From assembly GCA_050295515.1 (NCBI GenBank), contig JBNKPU010000207.1:1358-65357 (forward strand): 64,000 nt of DNA, in the 5' to 3' direction. The notes under the pieces were generated by a model. The model was not told where the DNA came from. It saw only the letters and a list, made by a program, of their open reading frames with translations, and searched no databases. A program made the translations under genes and the position numbers. Shown piece after piece: positions 10,601 through 21,990 of this stretch; the stretch's first letter is position 1, and every line of letters starts with the position of its first letter. The DNA comes from Bacteroidales bacterium (lineage in GTDB: Bacteria; Bacteroidota; Bacteroidia; Bacteroidales; UBA10428).

Positions 10601-11563
10601 ATGACGAAGAAGAATAACCCTATAATATTAATCCTTGTATTCTTTTTTGTAAAGCAAATAGCCTATTCATCAGGATATAACCTACCCTCAAGTATTAAGT
10701 GGGAATACTTATCCTCCATAACCGATACAAGTATTAAATACCCCGATTCAATCAACAAAGCCAGAATGATACAAGTAGTATCTGGGTTTTCTGTTGCTTA
10801 TGTTGGATCAATGTCTTATTTACAATACATTTGGTATAAAGATCACGAGCGAGTTGCCTTTCATTATTATAACGATCTGGGTGGGTATAACCAAGTTGAT
10901 AAGTTCGGACATATGTTTGGTTCCTATACCGAAAGCTATATTGGGTTCCACTCATTACTTTGGTCAGGAGTTGACAGGAAAAAGGCAATCTGGTATGGTG
11001 GTGCACTCGGTTTTATTTTACAATTTCCGATTGAGGTTTGGGATGGCATGTATGAGGGATGGGGATTTTCATGGAGTGATGTTGGAGCAAACACCTTAGG
11101 TTCTGCCATTGTAATTGGTCAGGAACTTATCTTTCACGAACAGCTTATAAAATACAAATTTTCTTTCAACCGCTCTGAATATGCCCCACAGGCAAACGGT
11201 TATTTAGGTGAAGGTTTCAATGAATTGTTTTATGACTATAACGGACATACATATTGGTTAAGTTGCGGTATGAACCGTATTGTTCCATCCCAAAAAATCC
11301 CAGATTGGCTGAATGTTGCAGTTGGTTATGGTGCAGGCGGAATGTTTGGTGAGTTTGACAACCAGAGCAGTTATCATGGTGTAGATATTCCTGAGACAGA
11401 ACGATATAGGCAGTTCTATTTGTCCCTGGATATAGATTTTTCTAAAATACCGGTAAAAAACAAGGTACTGAAAACTATTTTCAACAGTTTCTTCATGATT
11501 AAAGTACCCTTTCCTGCATTAGAGATCAACACAAAAGGAGATTTTACACTTCACCCTTACTGA
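10601..11563 (+). CDS. Hypothetical secreted protein (possibly DUF2279-like)
   Basis: 320-aa ORF with an N-terminal signal. The DKFGHMFGSY motif is reminiscent of DUF2279; this is not verified. Confidence 0.5.
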   Translation: MTKKNNPIILILVFFFVKQIAYSSGYNLPSSIKWEYLSSITDTSIKYPDSINKARMIQVVSGFSVAYVGSMSYLQYIWYKDHERVAFHYYNDLGGYNQVDKFGHMFGSYTESYIGFHSLLWSGVDRKKAIWYGGALGFILQFPIEVWDGMYEGWGFSWSDVGANTLGSAIVIGQELIFHEQLIKYKFSFNRSEYAPQANGYLGEGFNELFYDYNGHTYWLSCGMNRIVPSQKIPDWLNVAVGYGAGGMFGEFDNQSSYHGVDIPETERYRQFYLSLDIDFSKIPVKNKVLKTIFNSFFMIKVPFPALEINTKGDFTLHPY

Positions 11564-11771
11564 CCCTCCCCTTTCAAATACTTTAATAATTACATCTTTT
11601 CTGATTTGGAAAATATAATTTGGTTAGGATAGTCCGTTTTATAATTTAAATGAAATCAGAAGTCTAAACTATTCATCGTTTTTAAATCCTTCCTAAAGTA
11701 TCAATTTTTACTTTTTAGAATATTACTTTTAGAAGAAATTGATTTACATTAAACACAAAACTACTTTAAGC

Positions 11772-13517
11772 ATGAGAAACTTAATTGTCTTTTCAGTTCT
11801 CGTATTAGTTTTAGCAACACTTTTACACAATAATTCTTTTGGTCAGACCCTAAACAACGGAAAAATACTTTTTGATCTTGATAAGGCTGTACAGACAAAA
11901 AGCAAACAGGTTGAAACCGTGATTTCAAAAACCGAAAAAGATCTTGTGTACAAGAACGATTCTGGTATTTCTTCTATTACTTCGAAACCACTTTCGGTTC
12001 CCTTGGAAGAATTTGGTGAATTCATTGCTTTTGGCTTAACCATTCTCCATAATGAAATCTACAGTAAGATCAAAGTGCAGGTCAGATCCTCTGTAGACAA
12101 TGAAAACTGGGACAATTGGAGTGAATTCAAACAGATGGATCTGATTGAAGAAGAAACCAACATATACCGCAGCGAGCTCTATTTTCTTGAAAGGAATGCT
12201 CGGTTTATTCAGTTTAAAGTATCAACAGACAAAAAAACAGATTCTCTTTTCTTGAATAAAATCAGCTTGTTTTTTAGCAGTCCCTTGCCTAAAACCGAAA
12301 TGAAACGAGGAAATAAGCTACAACTAAATAACGCTATAGACACACCTGAAGCTTCTTCCAAAATTTTCAGCAGGCCCCTCTTTGTTTACCGCAAAGAATG
12401 GGGATGTCCACAAGCTGAAAACAACATTGAAATGGAACTTACCGCTGTAACCCACTTGGTCATCCATCACAGTGCCGGAGCTAATTCTGCATCGGATTAC
12501 GCTGTTGTGGTTCTCTCCTATTGGGATTACCATGTTAATGGAAATGGTTGGGCAGATATTGGATACAACTGGCTGGTTGATCCCCATGGGGTGGTTTATA
12601 AGGGTAGGGCCTGGTACGATGAGGACAACGAAAATGTTAAAGGAGCCCACAACTCAGGTAAAAACAGTGGCACAGCAGGCCTTTGTTTAATTGGCAATTA
12701 TACAGGCGATATAATTCCTACGAGCGATATGTGGGAAGCTACCTGGGATATGCTTGCCTTCCTGTGCGATAAGTATAGCCTTGATCCGCTGGGTGTAAGC
12801 TATCACTCTGCCATTGACAAAGACAACGATGTAATAACCGGACATCGCGACAGTGGTGGTGGAACCGAATGCCCGGGGGATATATCCTTCTCCTACGATG
12901 CCACCAGACAGGCTGTAGCAGATAAGCTTGCAGGAACATACGCCCAGGGACCCATTAACATGAAATCCAAGACATTCGACTGCTCCAACAAAGAGGTTCA
13001 ATTCAGTTGGGAGAATTCGGGCTCTGGATGGCAGATCAATGTTTCAGAAGATCCCTCATTTAGCAACCACTATGTAAAATGGGTATCTGACTTAACATCT
13101 TACACGGGACCTCATGGATTTGTACTTGCACCTGAGCAAACTGAACCGCTTAGTAGCTTTAAAGATGGAACCCGCTATTTTTGGCGCATTTATTACCAAG
13201 ATCGAAAAACACCTACCTATTCTTATACAATGTCAAGCTGTAGTCCTTCTCTTATATCTACTCCCCTGCAAGAAGAATTGTCCCTAAAAGTTTATCCTAA
13301 TCCATCAAATGGTTCTTTCAAAATTATTGCAGATAAAGAAACCTATTGTGAATATGGCATTTCATTATTTAACCTCACAGGACAAGAGGTTTTCAACAAA
13401 AAAAGTAACAACACCGAAATAGATATTAAACTGCCAGGACTTGCTGCTGGTTTATATATATTAAAAATTGAAGCCAATAATAACCAAAGTATTAGACAAT
13501 TGGTTATTCTTGATTGA
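11772..13517 (+). CDS. N-acetylmuramoyl-L-alanine amidase (Amidase_2/PGRP) with T9SS C-terminal sorting domain
   Basis: VTHLVIHHSAG, GYNWLVDPHGVVYKGR, HRD..GGTECPG. C-terminus LKVYPNPSNGSF...LYILKIE...RQLVILD is typical of the Por secretion tail. The ATG at 11772 is preferred over the TTG at 11739. Confidence 0.85.
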   Translation: MRNLIVFSVLVLVLATLLHNNSFGQTLNNGKILFDLDKAVQTKSKQVETVISKTEKDLVYKNDSGISSITSKPLSVPLEEFGEFIAFGLTILHNEIYSKIKVQVRSSVDNENWDNWSEFKQMDLIEEETNIYRSELYFLERNARFIQFKVSTDKKTDSLFLNKISLFFSSPLPKTEMKRGNKLQLNNAIDTPEASSKIFSRPLFVYRKEWGCPQAENNIEMELTAVTHLVIHHSAGANSASDYAVVVLSYWDYHVNGNGWADIGYNWLVDPHGVVYKGRAWYDEDNENVKGAHNSGKNSGTAGLCLIGNYTGDIIPTSDMWEATWDMLAFLCDKYSLDPLGVSYHSAIDKDNDVITGHRDSGGGTECPGDISFSYDATRQAVADKLAGTYAQGPINMKSKTFDCSNKEVQFSWENSGSGWQINVSEDPSFSNHYVKWVSDLTSYTGPHGFVLAPEQTEPLSSFKDGTRYFWRIYYQDRKTPTYSYTMSSCSPSLISTPLQEELSLKVYPNPSNGSFKIIADKETYCEYGISLFNLTGQEVFNKKSNNTEIDIKLPGLAAGLYILKIEANNNQSIRQLVILD

Positions 13518-13837
13518 TTTGATTATTTTCCTGACACAACCCTTACTGGGTGGAATAAGATTTAAATTTTACGTTATTATATTGTGCATATAAACTGCAA
13601 AGTCACAGCAAAGACCAAGAAATAAACAAAACTTTCTTCAGGTTACCCATGCATAAAAGCATTGAATCACTTACAAGCTCAATAATAATAAAAAATCAAA
13701 GACAGGTATTAAAAAATTAAGCTATATGGAGGAGGGGGTAAATTGACTATAGCTTACTCTTGACCAAATTAAATAAGTCCTAAATACTATTTGATACCGA
13801 CCAGCTCATTTTTGTCTTATCCAGCGCCTTCCGAATG

Positions 13838-13993
13838 AAGAAGCAGCGCATTGAAGAAACCGACCTGCGTAAAAAAAACGATTATGGAAGGGAAAAAAGA
13901 CAAAGCAGCGCACTTCTAATCCAATCCTGCGGAAAAAATCAATTCTAGCAAGAACTTGGTCACAGCAGCACATTATTCTCTTGGAGCAGCGTA
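13838..13993. repeat. Short tandem/bipartite repeat in convergent intergenic region
   Basis: Two units 61 nt apart each carry AAGCAGCGCA...CCTGCGKAAAAAA (13841-13878 and 13902-13938). Further AGCAGCRYA copies lie at 13964 and 13985. Confidence 0.4.
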
Positions 13994-14036
13994 CCAAACA
14001 CACTATTCTAATTACTCCTTAGTGCTCCTCAGTCCA

Positions 14037-16892
14037 TTAATTAGTTCCAACCTTTATCTCCGCCTCCGTAGCCTCATGTGACTTTACTTTCAGAGTAATT
14101 TCACCAGGTTCATCAGTACTTTGCACAATAACTTGTGCCAATCCGTTAAAGGTTTTTCTTTTCCAGTTCCTTGCAGGTTCAATCAGCTGTACCAATCCAG
14201 GATCGGTATTGGGTTCGTCCCAGCGGTGACGTTTTTTAAACCTTTGACCAGTCAAAGCATATGTGTTTTCACCCTTGTTAAGTATGGCATGGTCCAATTC
14301 AAAGCTTTGGTCTTGTGATCCCCTTGTTATATTAGCTTTGATCAGTACCCCATTTACATAGATGCTTTGGTTTTCCATTATACTTTTAGTAAACAGGTTA
14401 ACTGTCATTTCATCAGAAAGATCTGAAATTTGAAAAGTTCCCCGGACTACCAGCAGAGTATCTTCATAAGCATCCCAAGGTTTTGATCCATCGTCGAAAG
14501 CTTTCTTCCAAGTTGAAGTTTCAATCTCAGGTTTCACTTCAATCCTATTTTCAAGGTTATCAACTGGCAATTCTTTTAAATTTTCAATTTTTGCAATGGT
14601 AATAGTTTCAAAGTATCTATCTGGTTCATGGCTGGATGGATTTCCATTACCTACACCAATGATTTTTCCAGGACCTTCAATTTCCAAAGTCAGGTCAACA
14701 TTTGCTGTGGGAACTAGTCTATTCTTTTTGTCATTTACTTGCACTGTGATCACGGCAACATCCATATTGTCTGCGGAAATTTTGGAACGATCAGAAATTA
14801 ATTGCAAACCTTTAGGCTCCTCAGCAGTTTCCACCTTCTGTAAGACTGATTTCTTACCTTTATTATATCCCTGCGCAACAAGCATTCCCGGTACATATTT
14901 AACAGTCCATTCGAGATGTCCATTTCTTGGCATAGTTTTTTTGCCCAAGCTTTTCTTATTTAGGAAGAGCTCTACTTCTTCACAGTTACTGTACACAGTT
15001 AAAGTTTTCTCTTCACCTTCATCGCCAGGCCAATTCCAGTGTGACCAAATATGCATAACCGGATCATCCTGCCACCATGATTGCAAATAGTAGAAAATAT
15101 CTTTCGGGAAACCACAAAGATCTAAAATCCCAAATTGCGATGTTACAGCTGGCCATGTATATGGTGTTGGTTCTCCACGGTAGTCAAATCCAGTCCAGTA
15201 AAAAATACCCGACAGGAATTCCCTTTCATTGTAAAAATTCCACCCAAACTCACATCCTGGTTTTGAAGGATCGGTATTTGTTGGCCTCAAATGGCACTTT
15301 GCGTCGTCGGTGACATAAACCCCACGCGTACCTCTGGTAGTAGTTTCTTCTGTACCTATGCTTGGCTGCCAGGGAAATTTTTTATGGTGTACATCTATAT
15401 CACCTTGTACAATATAATTGTAGCCCATAACTTCGGCAACAGTTCCTGTTCCGTTATCCCATCCTCCACTCACAGCTACAGTAAACGCACGGGTAGTATC
15501 AAGCTTTTGTGCAAATTTCTGCATCGTTTGTGTAATCCTTGCCCCTTTTTCATTCCCTTCAATTGCCCATTCTTCATTTCCTAGCGACCATAAAACAATA
15601 CTCGGATGGTTTCTGTCTCTCTTCATAAAACTCTCAAGTTGATCGAGATGGTAGCTGTTTGATCCGCTCAACCTGGTTTCTGCCAGAACCAACATCCCCA
15701 GTCTGTCGCATGCATTCAAAAAAGCTGGTGATGGAGGATCGTGTGAAGTACGGATTCCATTGGCTCCCATTTCTTTCATTTGTTTTATGCGCCATTCGAT
15801 TAATGCATCGGGCATTGCTGTACCCACACCTGCATGGTCTTTATGGTTGTTAGCACCTACTATTTTAATATGCTCTCCATTTAAGAAAAAACCTTTGTTA
15901 GCATCGAAACGCACAGACCTCATGCCAAAGGTTGTTTTATATTTATCAACTAGCTTGTCATCAATAAATAGCTCGGTGATTACATTATATAAATTGGGTG
16001 ATTCAATGGACCAAAGTTTAGGTTCAACAACTTCCAAAGAACTTAGATAATCTTGCTTAGAAATAGCTTGAAGAGCCAGATCGTCCTTTTGAATCGAAAC
16101 TAGTTGATTTCCTTCCGCATCAATTACTGTATGCTTCAATACAACAAGCTCATCCTTTTCAGTACTGTTGTCAATTGTTGTTAAGATCTTAACATCTGCA
16201 CTAGTATCATTAATTTCAGTAGTTACGAATGTACCATTTCTACCAATGTGCACAGGACTGACCTTATTCAGGTATACGTGCCGGTAAATACCTGCCCCTT
16301 CGTAATACCATCCTTCCTGCATGGTAGCATCTACCCTCACTGCCACAACATTTTCACCACCGTAGTTCAGGTAATCACTTATGTCATATTCGAAACTATT
16401 ATAACCACTTAGCTCAGTACCTAGATAAAAACCATTAATCCAAACAATTGAATTTCGGAATACTCCTTCAAACTCTATGCTTATTTTTTTACCAAAATCG
16501 TCTTGAGAAATATTAAATGATTTACGGTACCATCCTACACTATTTTCAGGATAATTTCTGCCCAAAGCGTTAAATCCATGACTATGACTACCATCGTTTA
16601 CAATCGGCAGCTCAACACACCAGTCATGTGGTAGGTCAAGTACACGCCAGGCTCGGTCATCAAAATTTTGTGCTGCAGCCCCATCCCCATATCCTGTTTT
16701 GGCAAAATAGGAAAAATAACCAGTTCCATTGTTAAAATCCTGCCCAGCATCAGTTGCATGTCCAAGGGCAAACTTCCAATTAAAATCGAACAGGATGTGT
16801 TCCCTAGGATAAAGCTCATTATTATATAGATTCTGTCCGAATACATCCGAAACAAAAAAAAGAAGTATGAGGTTTAGTATGTAATTCTTCAT
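14037..16892 (-). CDS. Glycoside hydrolase family 2 (beta-galactosidase-like)
   Basis: NHPSIVLWSLGNEE acid/base region, GH2 sugar-binding N-terminus (DDRAWRVLDLPHDW), and a signal peptide from the ATG at 16892. The track start at 16907 is a TTG. Confidence 0.9.
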   Translation of the reverse strand: MKNYILNLILLFFVSDVFGQNLYNNELYPREHILFDFNWKFALGHATDAGQDFNNGTGYFSYFAKTGYGDGAAAQNFDDRAWRVLDLPHDWCVELPIVNDGSHSHGFNALGRNYPENSVGWYRKSFNISQDDFGKKISIEFEGVFRNSIVWINGFYLGTELSGYNSFEYDISDYLNYGGENVVAVRVDATMQEGWYYEGAGIYRHVYLNKVSPVHIGRNGTFVTTEINDTSADVKILTTIDNSTEKDELVVLKHTVIDAEGNQLVSIQKDDLALQAISKQDYLSSLEVVEPKLWSIESPNLYNVITELFIDDKLVDKYKTTFGMRSVRFDANKGFFLNGEHIKIVGANNHKDHAGVGTAMPDALIEWRIKQMKEMGANGIRTSHDPPSPAFLNACDRLGMLVLAETRLSGSNSYHLDQLESFMKRDRNHPSIVLWSLGNEEWAIEGNEKGARITQTMQKFAQKLDTTRAFTVAVSGGWDNGTGTVAEVMGYNYIVQGDIDVHHKKFPWQPSIGTEETTTRGTRGVYVTDDAKCHLRPTNTDPSKPGCEFGWNFYNEREFLSGIFYWTGFDYRGEPTPYTWPAVTSQFGILDLCGFPKDIFYYLQSWWQDDPVMHIWSHWNWPGDEGEEKTLTVYSNCEEVELFLNKKSLGKKTMPRNGHLEWTVKYVPGMLVAQGYNKGKKSVLQKVETAEEPKGLQLISDRSKISADNMDVAVITVQVNDKKNRLVPTANVDLTLEIEGPGKIIGVGNGNPSSHEPDRYFETITIAKIENLKELPVDNLENRIEVKPEIETSTWKKAFDDGSKPWDAYEDTLLVVRGTFQISDLSDEMTVNLFTKSIMENQSIYVNGVLIKANITRGSQDQSFELDHAILNKGENTYALTGQRFKKRHRWDEPNTDPGLVQLIEPARNWKRKTFNGLAQVIVQSTDEPGEITLKVKSHEATEAEIKVGTN

Positions 16893-17016
16893 ATCAGTCG
16901 GTTTCAAATTTACAAGATACCCAAAAAAGTGCTTTTATTGATGAATAATGGAGTTTATTGTATTAGGATTGGGAGAAATATGTTAATTCATAGGCTTTTA
17001 TTTAGCAAACAAACAT

Positions 17017-17844
17017 TTAATAATTGCTTGTTTTGAGTTTTAACTTTCTCAAGATTCTTGTGCGTAACCTATTGTCATGTTGGGGAATAAAGCAATTACT
17101 ACAGAGATCATATTTATGCCTGCTACCGGGATTTCTTAAATCATTCATCAACATTGTATGCTTTTCTGAAAACCATACTTCCGCAATACTACTCTCAAAA
17201 ACATTTCCAAGGTTAAAATTACATAGATCGTCCTGGCAGCAGAAAGATAAACATCCATCATAGCGAATCTTTAAATTTCCTGTTTTAAAACATGGCTGGT
17301 TTAATATCTTCTGGTTCTTTTTGCTCTCATTATAAATTTTTGAGTTTTGCCTAATTTTCGTATAGTCCAATGGCAAGCTAAATTTTATCTCAGTCTTTTT
17401 AAATCTTTGTTTCCAGAATTCAATCTCATTTTGTTTCTCAATGTCGTTTTTATAATCATATAAACCAACTATGAGGGTATCTGCCAAACCATCCAATTGG
17501 TCACAAAATACAGGATTCGATTTAAGCATATCTCCATTCGTATGATCATGATATTTCATCCCTTTTTTCTTGGCATAGCTAATAAAATCAAATAATCTTA
17601 AATCGAGGAATGACTCAGAAAGCCTATGGAAACCTATTTTACCTTTAAAGCCTAAATCAGCAACCTGGTCAATAAGATCAAACACCTTATCTGAAGGCAT
17701 TTGCTTTATGACCTGTTTGCCATCTGCATCTTTCCTTATCCCAGACCTGTCAAGGTACCTTGGACAGAAACTACAATCCCTGTTACAGCCCGAATATATT
17801 TCAATTGATACCTTTTTCCAGTTCGGCAAAGAGTTTTTAATCAT
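17017..17844 (-). CDS. Radical SAM protein with C-terminal SPASM/twitch-like Cys cluster
   Basis: CNRDCSFCP (Cx3Cx2C) near the N-terminus. C-terminal Cys-rich region CFKTG...CLSFCCQDDLCNFNLGN...DLCSNC. Confidence 0.8.
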   Translation of the reverse strand: MIKNSLPNWKKVSIEIYSGCNRDCSFCPRYLDRSGIRKDADGKQVIKQMPSDKVFDLIDQVADLGFKGKIGFHRLSESFLDLRLFDFISYAKKKGMKYHDHTNGDMLKSNPVFCDQLDGLADTLIVGLYDYKNDIEKQNEIEFWKQRFKKTEIKFSLPLDYTKIRQNSKIYNESKKNQKILNQPCFKTGNLKIRYDGCLSFCCQDDLCNFNLGNVFESSIAEVWFSEKHTMLMNDLRNPGSRHKYDLCSNCFIPQHDNRLRTRILRKLKLKTSNY

Positions 17845-18609
17845 ACTTCATGTTAAGGTAAACGAAAAGCTCTATTGTTATAATAAAGCTATCCAAGTAT
17901 ACTGCATATTTTATTAGAACACAAGATTATTTAAAAAAGTACAACTACAAAGTTTTCCCTGTAGGCAGAGGATTGCTTAATCTAATTTTTACAATTAGCC
18001 ATTTGCTACTGAAAACTGAAAACAGTCCCTGCCCTATATGGTTTGTAAGAGATTTGCTAAGTCTTACTTGCTATTTGAGATTGTTGAGAATATCCCGGGG
18101 ATTAATTGTCCATTTTATTTGTAATTACATCGATTTCACCTTGTCTTTAATGGTGTCCAAAAAATCACTTCTAACTGTCACCCCGATGGGAGTCGAAGGA
18201 TTAGTTGTTTGAAATTCAACACATTTAGACTACACACAATGTAACATTCAATTAGACATAAGAGATTTTGGACACGCTCCTTGAACGAGTTTTCGAAATA
18301 AGAAAATCATAATGATTACAAAACATCCTTTCCTTCCAGATTTACTGCTTGATCCTATTTTAGGTTGTTTAGTATTTTATAATATTTTTCAATTGTTAAA
18401 AGGCTTGGTTCGCCTTTTTTACAAAAGGAAAAGTTTGTCAATTTCGTGTTTGGATTCTCAACTACTATCATTCTGTTCTCCATTTTCGACTCCAACACTT
18501 TTAATGCATCCAGAAACCTATTATCTTTTCTGGCTTTTTCATAAAAGGATATTATTATCCTGTATGCACACAACGGTAATGATATGTCAATTTGGCCATT
18601 TTGTTGCAC

Positions 18610-20532
18610 TTAGAATGAATCAAATTCAGGTTCGCTTTCTATTTCTCGTTGTTTGACAATAGCTTTTTTACCAGGCCTGTTTCGTAAAAAACCAGTTGAC
18701 CCATTAGAAATTTTAAAAAACTCAACTATTTGTTTTAATTGTTCTGCCTGCGAATTCATTTCTTCCGCACTTGTGGCTAATTCTTCACTTGCAGAAGCAT
18801 TTTGTTGAGTAACACTATTAAGTTGTTGAATTGCTGAATTTACTTGTCCAGCACCATTGGTTTGTTCGTTGCTTGCTGCAGATATCTCTTGAACAAGACT
18901 ATTTGTTTTCTCAATTTCTGGTAGCATTTGAGCCAATTTCTCTCCGGCTTCCTGTGTAATGTTAAGGCTGTTATGTGACAGACTTACAATTTCTCCGGCA
19001 GCATTTTTACTGTTTTCAGCTAATTTTCGAACCTCAGCGGCAACAACAGCAAATCCTTTACCATGTTCTCCAGCACGGGCAGCTTCTACTGCTGCATTTA
19101 ATGCTAAAATATTCGTTTGAAATGCAATATCGTTGATGATATTTATTTTCTCAGATATTTTTTCATTCGCTTCCACTGCTTGCTGAGACCTGTCATTTAC
19201 TTCTTTGATTCCTGTGTAGGCAGTAGATGAAATTTTTTGTGTCTGGCTTGCATTCTCGTTGTTCTGCTCAATATTTGAGACTATTTCTTCCATGGTTGAT
19301 GATACCTCTTCTACTGAAGCAGCTTGTTCATTTGCTCCCTGCGAAAGCTGTTGTGATGATGAACTTATTTGTTGGCTTGCCGAAGTCATATTATCTGCAC
19401 CACTTAAAATACTTGACACGATTTCTTTCAATTTCATAGTCATTTCAACAATACTTTCCATAGCTCCCTTTCTGCCACCATAAACACCAATATCCATTGT
19501 CAAGTCGCCCGATGCAATTTTTTTTGCAATTGCTGCTATCTCAATAGGTTCGCCCCCTAGTTGTTTCATTATGCCTTTTGTAATCGTATAAGCAATAATA
19601 ATTCCGAATAAAATGGCAAGAAATGAGAAAATAACCAAAATTAACTTAGCCTCACTCATCTCAGAGAACATACGCGACACTTGATATGTAGCTGCTTTTT
19701 CTGATAAATCGATTACTTCATGGGCAGAAGCTACCAACTCTTCATTAAGCACCAGTTGTTCTTGCATGGATTTATAAAAATTATCAAAATTATCTTTATA
19801 CGTATTCAGGTTATCAATCAAACTTTTTGCTACAACTTTATCCTCTTTTTGTACAATACTATTATTGATATCCTCAGAAATTTCTATGGTCTTTTTGAAG
19901 TTATTTTGTAGTTTATCGTAATATTTTTGTTCATTAAAAATGATGACATCCTTTTCACCTTTCCTGACTTCTAGAAATAACTTCTCAACTTCACCTAAGC
20001 TAGTAGTAATTTTATAATTTAAATCTTGTCGTCCATTTGCAATATCCGTTTGAGTCATTTTGCCAAAATCGGTTTTTAATCTTTCTAAGAGGGTTTTAAT
20101 TGAGGCCAAAACAATCTTACTGGAAGCACGCATAACTCCCATTTTGGTCATTTTTTCATTTTCTGATTTCACGTATTCGTCAAAGACAGTTCCATATTTC
20201 CTTGTAGCATCTATTATTCTGTTTTTTTCATCTTTGTCCGCTTGTTTTGAATGTTTGTCTCTAGCTTCTTCAGCAATTCGGATAATGTTTTCAATACGTT
20301 CGTTAACCAGATTAATATATTTCTCATCGTGTCGCAGCATATAATCTTTTTCGTGTCTGCGCATTTCAAGCACTTCGAATTTTATGTTGTATACATCATC
20401 GCTTTTGTTCACTCTATCGGCTACATTAAGAAAGCCATTAAAGCCCGTGTAATTTGCAATTAAAGCTAGTAATAAAACAGCGCCAAATCCTAAGCCAAGC
20501 TTTTGCCCTAATTTTAAATTTCTCATTTTCAT
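18610..20532 (-). CDS. Methyl-accepting chemotaxis protein
   Basis: N-terminal TM, helical sensor, second TM and HAMP. Highly conserved signalling hairpin [36 protein letters not shown]. Confidence 0.9.
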   Translation of the reverse strand: MKMRNLKLGQKLGLGFGAVLLLALIANYTGFNGFLNVADRVNKSDDVYNIKFEVLEMRRHEKDYMLRHDEKYINLVNERIENIIRIAEEARDKHSKQADKDEKNRIIDATRKYGTVFDEYVKSENEKMTKMGVMRASSKIVLASIKTLLERLKTDFGKMTQTDIANGRQDLNYKITTSLGEVEKLFLEVRKGEKDVIIFNEQKYYDKLQNNFKKTIEISEDINNSIVQKEDKVVAKSLIDNLNTYKDNFDNFYKSMQEQLVLNEELVASAHEVIDLSEKAATYQVSRMFSEMSEAKLILVIFSFLAILFGIIIAYTITKGIMKQLGGEPIEIAAIAKKIASGDLTMDIGVYGGRKGAMESIVEMTMKLKEIVSSILSGADNMTSASQQISSSSQQLSQGANEQAASVEEVSSTMEEIVSNIEQNNENASQTQKISSTAYTGIKEVNDRSQQAVEANEKISEKINIINDIAFQTNILALNAAVEAARAGEHGKGFAVVAAEVRKLAENSKNAAGEIVSLSHNSLNITQEAGEKLAQMLPEIEKTNSLVQEISAASNEQTNGAGQVNSAIQQLNSVTQQNASASEELATSAEEMNSQAEQLKQIVEFFKISNGSTGFLRNRPGKKAIVKQREIESEPEFDSF

Positions 20533-20997
20533 AATTCACAATTTATATTACTAATTAATACTCTTGGAATTAAATTGATTACATTCAAGTTACAAAAAAA
20601 ACAGGTGTTAGCATGTATTTTCTGATGATATATATCGTTAAAGTTGTCAATAAGGTATTTGCATAAGAATTATTCAAATAGCTGCATTGTTGCTTAGTAA
20701 AATCAGCTTTTTTGGAAACTTAGATTTGCAGGTTACCCTAGAGAGGTATACAGATTTGCTGTTTGTGCAATTAGGTTACTATTTTCCTTTTGCAGGTGCA
20801 AAAAAACAAAATAAATCAACTGTGTTACCCCCTTGCTGTTAGCTTACTGCGCTTGGATCGTTAAACTTGTTCTTCGTTGACGGGCCCTAACAAGTTTGCC
20901 CCAGCTTATAATTGGTGTTCATATGAATTCCTGATGGTCGGTTCGTCCAACAATAGTCGCTTATATAATTTCGTCATTTCAGGCTTGCTCACAGCAC

Positions 20998-21609
20998 TCA
21001 CTTAATATGTGTTTTTAACCAATTCGCATCATTCGCTTTGGTTGTGTAATTCCCTATTAAATCTTCATCAATTTCAGAGTCTATATATAATGTATCATTT
21101 TGCTCTTTCCATTTCTCATTGTAAAAATTGAATACTTGCTTTATGGCTTCTTTGTGCCTAACAGTTAATAGTTCTTTATTTTTAATTAATTCCCCATCAA
21201 TGAATTGAACTGGAATATAAATTGAATAAATTGTCTCTTTTAGTTTACAATTTGTCCATAGACTATCAAAGTAATCCTTATTACCAAGCTTAAAGCTCAA
21301 ATCATTGTTTTCTTTTATAGTATTCTTATGTACTCTTAAGGTTCGATTCTTATTTTTATTGTCAATAATAATAATCTTATATTGGGGTATGAACTTCATT
21401 AACCCTCTTGATTTTGACTTATTAAATTCGTTAACAAATCTTTTTATTTGATTATCATCGAAGATCCTTTTCTCATTATTAGACAATTTCACAATTTCAA
21501 TGGTTTTAATTCTCTTCTCGTTCAATGATTCTAATCCAGAGTTATTCGATCTAAAACTGCATTTTATAATTGTCATCAATAATAATATAAGTTTAGGTAA
21601 TGGTCTCAT
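20998..21609 (-). CDS. Hypothetical lipoprotein
   Basis: ORF with signal MRPLPKLILLLMTIIKCS from the ATG at 21609 (the track start is a TTG). No recognisable domain. Confidence 0.5.
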   Translation of the reverse strand: MRPLPKLILLLMTIIKCSFRSNNSGLESLNEKRIKTIEIVKLSNNEKRIFDDNQIKRFVNEFNKSKSRGLMKFIPQYKIIIIDNKNKNRTLRVHKNTIKENNDLSFKLGNKDYFDSLWTNCKLKETIYSIYIPVQFIDGELIKNKELLTVRHKEAIKQVFNFYNEKWKEQNDTLYIDSEIDEDLIGNYTTKANDANWLKTHIK

Positions 21610-21990
21610 TAAACTTGCATACAAAGTTTAGCAATATAAATGTGGCTGGGGCTTAAAAGCAGCACCGTTTCAAACCGCAGATATTTTGGTTTAATGTTCA
21701 TTGGTTCAATGTTTCACCGTTCTGCCAGCTGTTTTATATTTTCGTATTAGCTGTTGTTGTTTTTATTTCAGCAATCCGTTTTCCTTTTTCTTTCTCTGAT
21801 AATCTATAACATGGTTCTTTCCAACGAAGCTTATCGTAATAATCATTTATTTCTTCTTTTAAAATTTAAAGTCCGTTAGCTCAATCCGCAGGTCTTGAAG
21901 CATCTTTTTATTATCAAATGAAAAGGATTCAGAATTCCCTCTAAAATTATTTTTTGTTTATCATCTTTCATAATTCCTGTTAATTAATAA

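Noticed and set aside
13806-14003. 65-aa minus-strand ORF in the amidase/GH2 intergenic region
   Set aside because: Its sequence is composed of the AGCAGCGCA repeat units, it is Cys/Arg-rich, and it has no start context. It is treated as a repeat, not a gene.
17973-18656. ORFs 17973-18212(+), 18312-18656(+) and 18355-18609(-)
   Set aside because: They have TTG or weak starts, overlap one another and contain a hairpin/T-run. There is no recognisable motif and not enough support to call them CDS.
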